Shown here: piece after piece, positions 13,230-21,291 of the stretch
Layout of the letters: each line of letters starts with the position of its first letter
How positions within the stretch are numbered: the first letter of the stretch is position 1
From: Pseudodesulfovibrio mercurii
Lineage (GTDB): Bacteria > Desulfobacterota > Desulfovibrionia > Desulfovibrionales > Desulfovibrionaceae
Assembly: GCF_000189295.2 (NCBI RefSeq)
Contig: NC_016803.1
Span: 1,800,001-1,832,000, forward strand
Length of the DNA: 32,000 nucleotides
Reading direction: 5' to 3'
Notes under the pieces: generated by a model
Seen by the model: the letters and a program-made list of their open reading frames with translations, nothing else
What the model was told of the DNA's origin: nothing
Databases searched by the model: none
Program-made: the position numbers and the translations under genes

Positions 13230-14612
13230 CTACTTGCGTTCCAGCAGGGTCACGGTCTCGATGTGGTGGGTGTGGGGGAACATGTCCACGGCGCGGGCGC
13301 GGGTGAGGGTGTAGTGTTCGGAGAAGCGCTTCACGTCGCGGGCCAGGGTGGTGGGGTCGCAGGACACGGCCAGGATCTTTTTCGGGGCCAGGGTCAGAAT
13401 GGCCTGGGCCGTGCTCTCGTGGATGCCCGCGCGGGGCGGGTCCACCACCAGGACGTCGGCCTTGGGCAGCCCCTTGAGGGCCGCCGGGCTGTCCAGGGAG
13501 GCGGCGGTGAATTCGCAGTTGGTCAGCTTGTTCAGCTTGGCGCTGGCCCAGGCCTTGGACACGGCCTCCTCGCTGACCTCCACGCCCACGACGCGGCGCG
13601 CCTGGTCGGCCAGGAAGATGCCGATGGCCCCGCAGCCGCAGTAGAGGTCGAGCACGGTCTCGACGCCCGTGAGGCCGCAGAACTCGCGGACGGTGCCGAA
13701 GAGCTCGCCCGCACCGGCGGTGTTGGTCTGGAAAAAGGCGTTGGGTCCGAGGTGGTAGCGCACCGTGCGGTCGCCGTGCGCGACCTCCTCGGTCACGGTG
13801 CGGGCGCCCAGGCGGAAGACCGCCTTCTCGCCCGTGGCCGCCAGGGAGCGGCGGGCGCGCGAGGAGTGGACAAAGGAGGTCAGGTCCGGGAAGCGGTCGG
13901 CCAGCGACTCGCCCAGCGCCTCGGCCTGGCCGTAGTCGTCCGGGGCCTCGGCCGTGATCAGGTGGACCATGATCTCGTTCAGGGCGGTGTGGCGGACCAC
14001 CAGATGCCGCCAAAACCCGGTGTTGTCGGCCGGATCGTAGGCGGACAGGCCCGAGGCGCGGACGAAGTCGCGGGCCGCGCGCAGGATGTCCACGTCCCGC
14101 GAGGCGCACAGATGGCACTCCTCGATGTCCAGGACCGGGGCCAGCCCCTTGTCCCCGGCCGGGAGCGTCGCGCGCAGCCCCAGACGCGGGCCGTCCTCGC
14201 CCTGCTCGAAGGCGAATTCCATCTTGTTGCGGTAGTTCCAGACCGCGGGCGACGGCGCGGGCGGGTCCAGAACGAAGTCCGCCGCCCCGCCGATGCGCCG
14301 CAGGGCGTTCTCCACCTGGGCGGCCTTCTGGGCCACCTGCTCGGCGTAGTCCAGGTCCTGGACCGCGCAGCCGCCGCAGGAGCCGAAGTGCGCGCATTTC
14401 GGCTCCACGCGATGGGGCGAGGGCGCGGTCACGCGCTCCAGCACGGCCTCGGCGAACCGCTTCTTGGCCTTGACCACGCGGGCCGTGACCGTGTCGCCGG
14501 GCAGGCCGCCCGCCACGAACACGGCCATGCCGTCCACATGGGCCACGCCCCGGCCGCCGAAGGCCAGGGACTCGATGGAACACTCTATGACGTCGTCTTT
14601 CTGCAAGGGCAC
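13230..14612 (-). CDS. rlmD: 23S rRNA (uracil-C5)-methyltransferase RlmD/RumA family
   Basis: TRAM-like N-terminus, Fe-S motif CAHFGSCGGCAVQ, and DPPRAG and VSCDPTTLARD methyltransferase motifs. I prefer the GTG at 14612 (GGAGG 5 nt upstream). The longest ORF starts at GTG 14651. Confidence 0.88.
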   Translation of the reverse strand: MPLQKDDVIECSIESLAFGGRGVAHVDGMAVFVAGGLPGDTVTARVVKAKKRFAEAVLERVTAPSPHRVEPKCAHFGSCGGCAVQDLDYAEQVAQKAAQVENALRRIGGAADFVLDPPAPSPAVWNYRNKMEFAFEQGEDGPRLGLRATLPAGDKGLAPVLDIEECHLCASRDVDILRAARDFVRASGLSAYDPADNTGFWRHLVVRHTALNEIMVHLITAEAPDDYGQAEALGESLADRFPDLTSFVHSSRARRSLAATGEKAVFRLGARTVTEEVAHGDRTVRYHLGPNAFFQTNTAGAGELFGTVREFCGLTGVETVLDLYCGCGAIGIFLADQARRVVGVEVSEEAVSKAWASAKLNKLTNCEFTAASLDSPAALKGLPKADVLVVDPPRAGIHESTAQAILTLAPKKILAVSCDPTTLARDVKRFSEHYTLTRARAVDMFPHTHHIETVTLLERK

Positions 14613-14724
14613 GGGAGCCTCCTCGGTTCCGGTTCGCCCACAGAATGGCACACCGGGACGCGGTATACAATGATTGGTCGCTGGGGGTTTGACACGGATT
14701 TCCCCGCCTGTCTATGGTTATGCC

Positions 14725-15033
14725 ATGCTCGACAAGGCCACCGCCCTGCCCGTCCTGCTGCGCAGGCTCGACACGCTGCCCGTGGGCCACGCCCTGGACC
14801 TGCGCACCTACAAGCGCAACCGCTCGGTGCTCGTCCGGCGCGCGGGCGCGGACCGCTATGACGTGACCGAGGACGGCTTCCGCCGGGAAACGTTCCGGGT
14901 CCCGGCCGCCGACCTGAAAAAGCTGCTCAAGACCCTGTTGAAGAGGGAGTTTCCCCGGTCCACCAAGCTCCGGGTCTACGACCTGGGCGCGGCCGAGGGC
15001 GACGATCTGCCCACGGGGCGCAAGGTCATATGA
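14725..15033 (+). CDS. Small conserved hypothetical protein (102 aa), paralog A
   Basis: Coding GC3 bias. It shares an LP..L.RL.TLP.G..L.L.T.KR.R.V.VRR ... LKREFPRS.K pattern with the next ORF. Confidence 0.6.
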   Translation: MLDKATALPVLLRRLDTLPVGHALDLRTYKRNRSVLVRRAGADRYDVTEDGFRRETFRVPAADLKKLLKTLLKREFPRSTKLRVYDLGAAEGDDLPTGRKVI

Positions 15034-15314
15034 TCGACCTCGGCGCGGCCCTGCCCACGGCCCTCTCCCGGCTGAAGACGCTGCCCGACGGCGCGGTCCT
15101 GACCCTGCTGACCTTCAAGCGCGACCGGGGCGTGGCCGTGCGCCGGGTGGACGACGGCTTCGAGGTCCGCGAGTTCGGCTACCGCGACGAGACCGTCCTG
15201 GAGGACGCGGACGGACTCAGGAAACGGCTCAAAGGGGCGCTCAAACGGGAGTTTCCCCGGTCCAACAAGGTCCACCTGCTGGTGGACGACGGGGAAGAGG
15301 CGCGGCCCCGCTAG
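15030..15314 (+). CDS. Small conserved hypothetical protein (94 aa), paralog B
   Basis: ATGA start/stop overlap with paralog A. Hand alignment gives about 40-45% identity to A, including the exact motif LKREFPRS. Confidence 0.6.
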   Translation: MIDLGAALPTALSRLKTLPDGAVLTLLTFKRDRGVAVRRVDDGFEVREFGYRDETVLEDADGLRKRLKGALKREFPRSNKVHLLVDDGEEARPR

Positions 15315-16075
15315 CCCTCGGCGGGCGGATGGTACTCGCGCAGGGTCATGATGAAGGAGCCAACCACCACCTTGGAGCGGACCTTGACCGGGATGCGCCG
15401 CTCGTCGGCCGAAAACCAGACGTAGAGCTGGGCGTCCTTCGACTTCTTGAACACCCCGGACAGGTGCTGGATGTCCAGGCGCACGCGGAAGGCGTCCACG
15501 TCGCCGATGCCGGTCTCCACGGTCTCGCGCCCCTCCACGAAGGCCCTGCCCACCACCGACACCTTGCCGTCGGACACGTTGGCGTCGAACTCCATGCCCT
15601 CGTAGAGCGCGTGCTTGCGGAAGGCGAACAGAATGGACATGGGGTCGAAGACGTTCTCGGGCTGGTCGATGGTGTGCTGCAACTTGCCCCGGGCGTAGCG
15701 GTAGGATTTGTTGGCCTCCTTGTCGAAGACCAGCTCCACCTTCTTGTGGTAGGACCCTTCGTTCTGGTCCTTCTTGTAGAGCAGCGCGTAGTTGAGGCCC
15801 ATGTCGGTCCAGGCCTCCATGGTGTCGCGGACCTTGTAAAAGTTGTCCACCCAGCCCAGGGTCCGCGCCTTGGCGAAGAAGTAGCGCGCCGGACGCCCGT
15901 CCAGCTCGGCGTCCTCCCGCCAGAGCAGCTCGGCCTTGCCCGCATGGATCACGGTCCAGTAGATGTCGTAGTACATGCGCTCACCCGGCCCGAAGGCCGG
16001 GGGCGGGGTCTCGTCGGCCCTTGCGGGCACGGCCAGGAGGACCGCCAGCAAGGCGGCCAGGAGTATTCCACGCAT
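15311..16075 (-). CDS. DUF3108-like secreted protein
   Basis: Signal peptide MRGILLAALLAVLLAVPARA, then GERMYYDIYW..IHAGKAEL, typical of DUF3108. The family is recalled from memory. Confidence 0.65.
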   Translation of the reverse strand: MRGILLAALLAVLLAVPARADETPPPAFGPGERMYYDIYWTVIHAGKAELLWREDAELDGRPARYFFAKARTLGWVDNFYKVRDTMEAWTDMGLNYALLYKKDQNEGSYHKKVELVFDKEANKSYRYARGKLQHTIDQPENVFDPMSILFAFRKHALYEGMEFDANVSDGKVSVVGRAFVEGRETVETGIGDVDAFRVRLDIQHLSGVFKKSKDAQLYVWFSADERRIPVKVRSKVVVGSFIMTLREYHPPAEG

Positions 16076-16216
16076 ACACCATATTCGCCATTCCTGCGGG
16101 ACAAGTCAAGGAGTAGCCCTCTAACCACGCCGTTGTTATGGACAAATCCACGCACACGCGCTACGTAGGGCAGAGAGAGGCCCTGACCAACAGCAAGTTA
16201 CCGGAGGAAAGCCCCT

Positions 16217-16708
16217 ATGATGCTCAGAAAGCGCGCCTGGGACATGATGCGCGACGAATACCCGACCGTCCAGGAGGACGCCAGCCTGGCCGAAGCCATC
16301 CGCGTCATGCGCGCGGCCATGGTCGAGGCCCCGGATTCGCAGGTGGTGGTGGTCAAGACCAAGGGCGGCAGGCTCAAGGGGACCATCAACTTGTGGCAGC
16401 TGTTCAAGGCGGTCAAGCAGTCCGTGCTCAAGGACGAGAACCTGACCCTGGACGGCGAGGTGGACTGGGACCAGCAGTTCGCCAACGCCTGCCTGATCTG
16501 CACCCAGCTCCGGCTCGACGAATACATCATCCCCAACCCGCCCCTGCTCAAACCCAACGACCCCATCCTGGTGGTCCTGGACGTGTTCCTCAAGTCCCGC
16601 CGCGACTGGGCCCTGGTGGTCGAGTCGGACAAGGTCATGGGCGTGGTCTACGTGACCGACGTGTACCGCGACATGACCCGCGACATGGTCCAGATATTCA
16701 AGGGCTGA
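16217..16708 (+). CDS. CBS domain pair protein
   Basis: 163 aa with two CBS-like repeats (AWDMMRDEYPTV...EAIRVM and LDEYIIPNPPLL...VMGVVYVTDV). GGAGG Shine-Dalgarno. Confidence 0.7.
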   Translation: MMLRKRAWDMMRDEYPTVQEDASLAEAIRVMRAAMVEAPDSQVVVVKTKGGRLKGTINLWQLFKAVKQSVLKDENLTLDGEVDWDQQFANACLICTQLRLDEYIIPNPPLLKPNDPILVVLDVFLKSRRDWALVVESDKVMGVVYVTDVYRDMTRDMVQIFKG

Positions 16709-16728
16709 TCCCCCCCAAGACGCAACAA

Positions 16729-16764
16729 GGCGGCCCGCCCCATATGGAGCGGGCCGCCTTTTTT
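16729..16764 (+). terminator. Rho-independent terminator
   Basis: ggcggcccgc-cccatatgga-gcgggccgcc followed by T6. Confidence 0.85.
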
Positions 16765-16794
16765 GCGTGATTCGGTTTGCGGGACGGGCGCGGC

Positions 16795-17805
16795 CTATTT
16801 CATCTTCAGGTCGATCAGGAGCAGCATCTGCAGGGCCTTGGTGATCTCCTGGTCGTAGCGCGGGTCCTGGGCCAGGACCGTGGCCGCCTGGATGTAGCCC
16901 ATGGGCTCGGCGTAGGGGCGCTTGACGACCATGGCGCAGAAGGAATCGGCCACGGCGGTCAGGCGGCCCGGAAACTCCTGCTTGACCGACTTGAGCGGGT
17001 ATCCCGAGCCGTTCATGCGCTCGTGGTGCTCGGTCACGCACTGGTCCATCTCAGGGTAGCGCAGGCCGAGCTTGCCGAGCATCTCGAAGCCCACCTTGGT
17101 GTGCGCGTTGACCTTGGCGCGCTCATCGCCGGTCAGGGGCTTGTCCTTGGTACGGATGAACGGCGGCACCTTGGCCATGCCCAGGTCGTGCAGGAAGAGC
17201 CCGGCCAGGACGCGGTCGAAGGTGGCCCGCTTGACCCCCTCGGCGAACCCCTTCTCCTTGATCTTGCCCCACAGGGCCAGGCCGAGAAAGCCGGTGTTCA
17301 CCGAGTGGTTCTCCAGGGTGTGCTCCTTGTGCAGCCGCCGGACCAGGGCGCGGGCGCGGCGGATGTCGGCGTAGAGGTATTCGGCCAGGACCATGAGGTC
17401 CACCCAGAGCTTTTCGAAGACCGCCTTGACCGGCTGCTCGAAGAATTCGGCCAGCCTGCGGGTCAGGGCCTGGGTGAAGATGTCGGCGATCTCCTTTTCC
17501 TTGAGGTTGCCGTCCACCAGGACCAGGTCCAGCTGGTAGCTGATGTGCTTGACGTAGACAGGATGGTCCTCGCGGGAGACGAAGACCAGCCCCTGGCCGG
17601 TCAGGTCGGCCAGTTCGGCCACCTGCTCGTTGGACAGCCTGCCGCCCACCCGGTAGTACGGGATGACCCTGGCCACGTCCTCCTTGAAGGTGAAGATGTT
17701 CAGGGGGGGACGGTACTTGTTGAAGCTGCCCAGGATGTCGGCGCTGACCTGGTAGTACTCCTCGTTGAGCCCGTCGGGGATGTCGTGCTTCTGGTCGGCT
17801 CGCAT
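16795..17805 (-). CDS. HD-GYP domain protein (putative c-di-GMP phosphodiesterase)
   Basis: Contains the LFLHDLGM and HHERMNGSGYP motifs. Confidence 0.9.
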   Translation of the reverse strand: MRADQKHDIPDGLNEEYYQVSADILGSFNKYRPPLNIFTFKEDVARVIPYYRVGGRLSNEQVAELADLTGQGLVFVSREDHPVYVKHISYQLDLVLVDGNLKEKEIADIFTQALTRRLAEFFEQPVKAVFEKLWVDLMVLAEYLYADIRRARALVRRLHKEHTLENHSVNTGFLGLALWGKIKEKGFAEGVKRATFDRVLAGLFLHDLGMAKVPPFIRTKDKPLTGDERAKVNAHTKVGFEMLGKLGLRYPEMDQCVTEHHERMNGSGYPLKSVKQEFPGRLTAVADSFCAMVVKRPYAEPMGYIQAATVLAQDPRYDQEITKALQMLLLIDLKMK

Positions 17806-17812
17806 GGATCGG

Positions 17813-19255
17813 CTAGTCCTCTTCCTTGCTCAATTTCTCGTACAGCTTGACCACGTTGGTCTGGGTGGTGGACTTGCCCCGCTCGGGCTGGCCCGCCGTG
17901 ATGATGACGATGTCGCCCTCGACGAAGTCCGTGCACTGGCGGACGAAAACCTCGGCCCGCTCCTGGTGGTCGTGGATGACGTCCAGGGGCACGGCCGGGA
18001 TGACCCCCCAGGACAGGTTGGTGAAGTGGCGCACCACGCGGTCCGAGGACAGGGCGTAGATGGACTGCGCGGGACGGCAGGAGGAGAGCAGCCGCGAGGT
18101 CGCCCCGGAGGTGGAGTGGCAGACGATGGCCCGAGCGTTGGTCTTGCCCGCGAGCATGGCCGCGGCATAGGCCAGGAAGGTCGAGGGATGGTCCCTGGCG
18201 CTGCCCCGGTCCAGCTCGGTATGGCCGGGCTCGAACATGAAGGCCTCGATCTCGTAGGCGATCTTGCGCATGAAGCGCACAGTCTCGCCGGGGTAGTTGC
18301 CGATGGCCGTCTCCTCGGAGAGCATGACGCAGTCCGCGCCGTCCAGGATGGCGTTGGCCACGTCCGTGGTCTCGGCCCTGGTGGCCATGGGCGAGTTGAC
18401 CATGGACAGGAGCATCTGGGTGGCCACGATGACCGGCTTGCCCGCCTCGTTGCAGGACTTGATGATCCGTTTCTGGGCCACGGGCAGTTCGGCCAGGTCC
18501 AGCTCCAGCCCGAGGTCGCCGCGCGCCACCATGATGCCGTCCGCCTCCTGGATGAGTTCGTCCAGGCACTCCAGGGCCGCGGTGCGCTCCAGCTTGGCGA
18601 TGATGGGCAGGGGCTTGCCGTGCTGGGCCATCTCCCGGCGCAGGTTGCGGATGTCCTCGGGCTTCTGCACGAAGCTCATGGCCACCACGTCCACGCCCAG
18701 CTCCATGCCGAAGGCCAGGTCCTTCTTGTCCTTGTCGGTCAGCGGGGCCAGCGGGGTCTTGGTGCCGGGGAAGGTGATGCCCTTGCGCGGCGGGCACATG
18801 CCCGAGTTGGTGGCCTGGAGCCGGATGAGGTGCTCGTCCTCCACGGCGACCACGTTGAAGCGGATCATGCCGTCGGACAGGGCCACGGGATCGCCGACCT
18901 TCAGGCCGTGGAACATCTCGGGGATGTCCAGGCAGATGAACGGCTCCTTGACGCCCTCGGCCTTGTCCGGGGTGCCGAGCAGGACCTCGGTCCCCTTGGT
19001 CACCTCGAAGGCCCCCAGCCCCACGTCGCAGGTCCGGATCTTGGGCCCGGACAGGTCCTGGAGCACGGTCAGGGTCAGGCCGGTCTCCTCTTCGAGGCGG
19101 CGGATGATCTGGACCATCTGGGCGAAGAACTCCTTGCCGCCGTGGGAAAAATTGAGCCGGAATATCTTGGCCCCGGATTTGACCAGTTCCCTGACCGCCT
19201 CATAGGACCCGGTGGCCGGGCCCAGGGTGGCGATGATCTTTATATGTCTGTCCAT
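17813..19255 (-). CDS. pyk: Pyruvate kinase
   Basis: MDRHIKIIATLGPA...FRLNFSHG...GPKIR, MVARGDLG, and a C-terminal regulatory domain. GGAGG precedes ATG 19255. Confidence 0.93.
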   Translation of the reverse strand: MDRHIKIIATLGPATGSYEAVRELVKSGAKIFRLNFSHGGKEFFAQMVQIIRRLEEETGLTLTVLQDLSGPKIRTCDVGLGAFEVTKGTEVLLGTPDKAEGVKEPFICLDIPEMFHGLKVGDPVALSDGMIRFNVVAVEDEHLIRLQATNSGMCPPRKGITFPGTKTPLAPLTDKDKKDLAFGMELGVDVVAMSFVQKPEDIRNLRREMAQHGKPLPIIAKLERTAALECLDELIQEADGIMVARGDLGLELDLAELPVAQKRIIKSCNEAGKPVIVATQMLLSMVNSPMATRAETTDVANAILDGADCVMLSEETAIGNYPGETVRFMRKIAYEIEAFMFEPGHTELDRGSARDHPSTFLAYAAAMLAGKTNARAIVCHSTSGATSRLLSSCRPAQSIYALSSDRVVRHFTNLSWGVIPAVPLDVIHDHQERAEVFVRQCTDFVEGDIVIITAGQPERGKSTTQTNVVKLYEKLSKEED

Positions 19256-19461
19256 GACAGCCTCCCCGCCCCGGATCGCACCCCGGCGGGGCGCGGGCCG
19301 AAGCTCGTCTTGCATGTGGATTTACAGAACAATTGCCGAGGGCACTCGTTCAAGATTGGTGCAAGTCTAGGCGCGGGCCGTCAAAAAATCAATGATACTC
19401 GGTGAATTTCGCCGACCATTTCCCGGAGAACGGTTGACTTTCCCTTGAATTTCGCGCAGAG

Positions 19462-19517
19462 GTGGGAAGAAGTGGAATTTAGTGTAGACATGGTGTAAAG
19501 ATGTGGAGCATGATGGG
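19462..19517 (+). promoter_or_regulatory. Phased GTGG/GTGT repeats (MraZ-box-like operator array)
   Basis: GTGGG at 19462, GTGGA at 19472, GTGTA at 19482, GTGTA at 19493, GTGGA at 19503 and ATGGG at 19513, giving about 10-bp phasing immediately upstream of mraZ. Confidence 0.6.
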
Positions 19518-19532
19518 TTTCCGGGGGATTTG

Positions 19533-19979
19533 ATGAAGTTCAGAGGTCACGCACACAGAAGCCTGGACGACAAGGGTCGGCTCATACTGCCGCCCGAGTT
19601 CCGGGACACGATCCGTTCGGAGCTGCCGGACGGGGTCATCGTGCTGACCATCTTCGACAAACACGTCATCGGCATCACCCCGGAACAGTGGAACAAGCTC
19701 GAAAGCGAACTGGAGTCCATCAAGTCGCCCAGCCGCGAACTGCAGAACACCATCCGGTTGCTGAACCTGGGGTACACCGAGACCCCGGTGGGCAAGCAGG
19801 GGCGCATCGCCATTCCCGCGCACCTGCGCAAGTCCGGCAAGCTCGACCGGGACGTGGTGGTCATCGGTGCCGGGCGGCGGCTTGAGATCTGGTCCGCCGA
19901 GGCCTTCGAGAACCTGCTCGACCAGGACTACGACGTGTCCTCGGAGCTGGCGGAAAACAACGTCTCCCTGCCCTTCTAA
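19533..19979 (+). CDS. mraZ: Transcriptional regulator MraZ
   Basis: MKFRGHAHRSLDDKGRLILP and a second GRIAIPAHLR SpoVT/AbrB-like repeat. It occupies the first position of the dcw cluster. Confidence 0.93.
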   Translation: MKFRGHAHRSLDDKGRLILPPEFRDTIRSELPDGVIVLTIFDKHVIGITPEQWNKLESELESIKSPSRELQNTIRLLNLGYTETPVGKQGRIAIPAHLRKSGKLDRDVVVIGAGRRLEIWSAEAFENLLDQDYDVSSELAENNVSLPF

Positions 19980-20960
19980 ATGAAGTCCGGAGAGGTCAGT
20001 CCCGCCTCGCTCCACACCACGGTTCTTTTACATGAAGTGGTTCGGTGGCTTCAGCCCCGCCCCGGCGGCCGTTACATGGACGGCACCCTGGGCATGGGCG
20101 GCCACAGCCTGGCGCTTCTCGAAGCGGCGGGCGAAGGGGCCGAGCTCGTGGGGCTCGACCGGGACCAGGAGGCGCTGGCGCTCGCGACCAGGCGGCTTGA
20201 GCCGTTTGCGGGCCGCGTGCATTTGTTCCACCTGCCCTTCTCCCGGTTCGAGGAAGCCCTGGACGAAGTCGGCTGGGAGCGGATCGACGGCGCGGTCCTG
20301 GACCTCGGCGTTTCCTCCCTGCAACTGGACGAGGCTGATAGAGGATTCAGCTTCATCCACGACGGCCCCCTCGATATGCGCATGGACCCGGACTCCGGCC
20401 CTTCGGCCGAGGAACTGGTCAATACGCTGAAACACGGCGAACTGGCGCGGATCATCCGGGTGTACGGGGAAGACCCCCTGGCCGGGAAGATCGCGTCGGC
20501 GATAGTGAGGGAACGGGAAAAAGGGGCGATCACGAGGACGCTCCAGCTGGCCGAGATAGTGCGGCTGGCCTACCCGCCGAAGATGCGGCACACCGCGCGC
20601 AACCACCCGGCGACCCGGACCTTCCAGGGACTGCGCATAGCGGTCAACAGGGAAACTGAGGAACTTGAACATTACCTTGCAACCATAGTCGGACGCCTGA
20701 AACCGGGCGCGAGGCTGGCCATAATCTCGTTTCACTCCCTGGAGGACAGGGCCGTGAAGCACGCATTTCGGGATGCCGCCAAAGGGTGCAAATGCCCCCC
20801 GCATCAACTCCACTGCACTTGCGGCGGCGTACCCGAGATGAAGGTGCTGACGAGGAAACCGGTGGCCGCCTCGGACGCCGAGCGGGACGCGAACCCCCGC
20901 GCCAGGAGCGCCAAGCTCCGGGTGGCGGAACGGCTCGGTCCCGACGGAGAAGAAGCATGA
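19980..20960 (+). CDS. rsmH: 16S rRNA (cytosine1402-N4)-methyltransferase RsmH
   Basis: HTTVLLHEV...DGTLGMGGHS...DLGVSS.QLD...RGFSF motifs. Confidence 0.95.
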   Translation: MKSGEVSPASLHTTVLLHEVVRWLQPRPGGRYMDGTLGMGGHSLALLEAAGEGAELVGLDRDQEALALATRRLEPFAGRVHLFHLPFSRFEEALDEVGWERIDGAVLDLGVSSLQLDEADRGFSFIHDGPLDMRMDPDSGPSAEELVNTLKHGELARIIRVYGEDPLAGKIASAIVREREKGAITRTLQLAEIVRLAYPPKMRHTARNHPATRTFQGLRIAVNRETEELEHYLATIVGRLKPGARLAIISFHSLEDRAVKHAFRDAAKGCKCPPHQLHCTCGGVPEMKVLTRKPVAASDAERDANPRARSAKLRVAERLGPDGEEA

Positions 20961-21238
20961 GCAAGACCGACAAGACGCTCCTCTGGATGGTGCTGGGCCT
21001 GCTGGGCATGGCGCTGTTCCTCGGTTTGGGGGCGGTCTGGTTGAACATCGAGCGCATGGACCTGGCATACGACCTGCGCAAGATGGAGCAGAGCCTGGGC
21101 CGGAAAGAGGATCTGGCCGCGAAACTGACGGTTGAGAGGAACAACCTGGTTTCGCCCTACAGGCTGAAAAAGCTCGCGGGCCAACTCGGCCTGGGAGTGG
21201 CGGCGCCGGGCCAGATACGGCGCATTGCCTCGCAATAG
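20957..21238 (+). CDS. ftsL: Cell division protein FtsL
   Basis: 93 aa with a single TM segment followed by a coiled region. ATGA overlap with rsmH. Position is conserved within dcw clusters. Confidence 0.8.
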   Translation: MSKTDKTLLWMVLGLLGMALFLGLGAVWLNIERMDLAYDLRKMEQSLGRKEDLAAKLTVERNNLVSPYRLKKLAGQLGLGVAAPGQIRRIASQ

Positions 21239-21291
21239 CGACGCGCTTTACGCCATACAGCGCGCCGCCATAGTGGGAAACAGGGAATACG

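Noticed and set aside
15311-15314. Convergent genes sharing a CTAG so that both stop codons overlap.
   Set aside because: This is real but trivial. It is a 4-nt palindromic overlap of TAG stops with no evident regulatory meaning.
19503-19532. GTG 19503 as the mraZ start (longest ORF).
   Set aside because: MraZ proteins begin M(K)FRG. The upstream 10 codons overlap the phased operator-like repeats, and ATG 19533 gives the canonical N-terminus.
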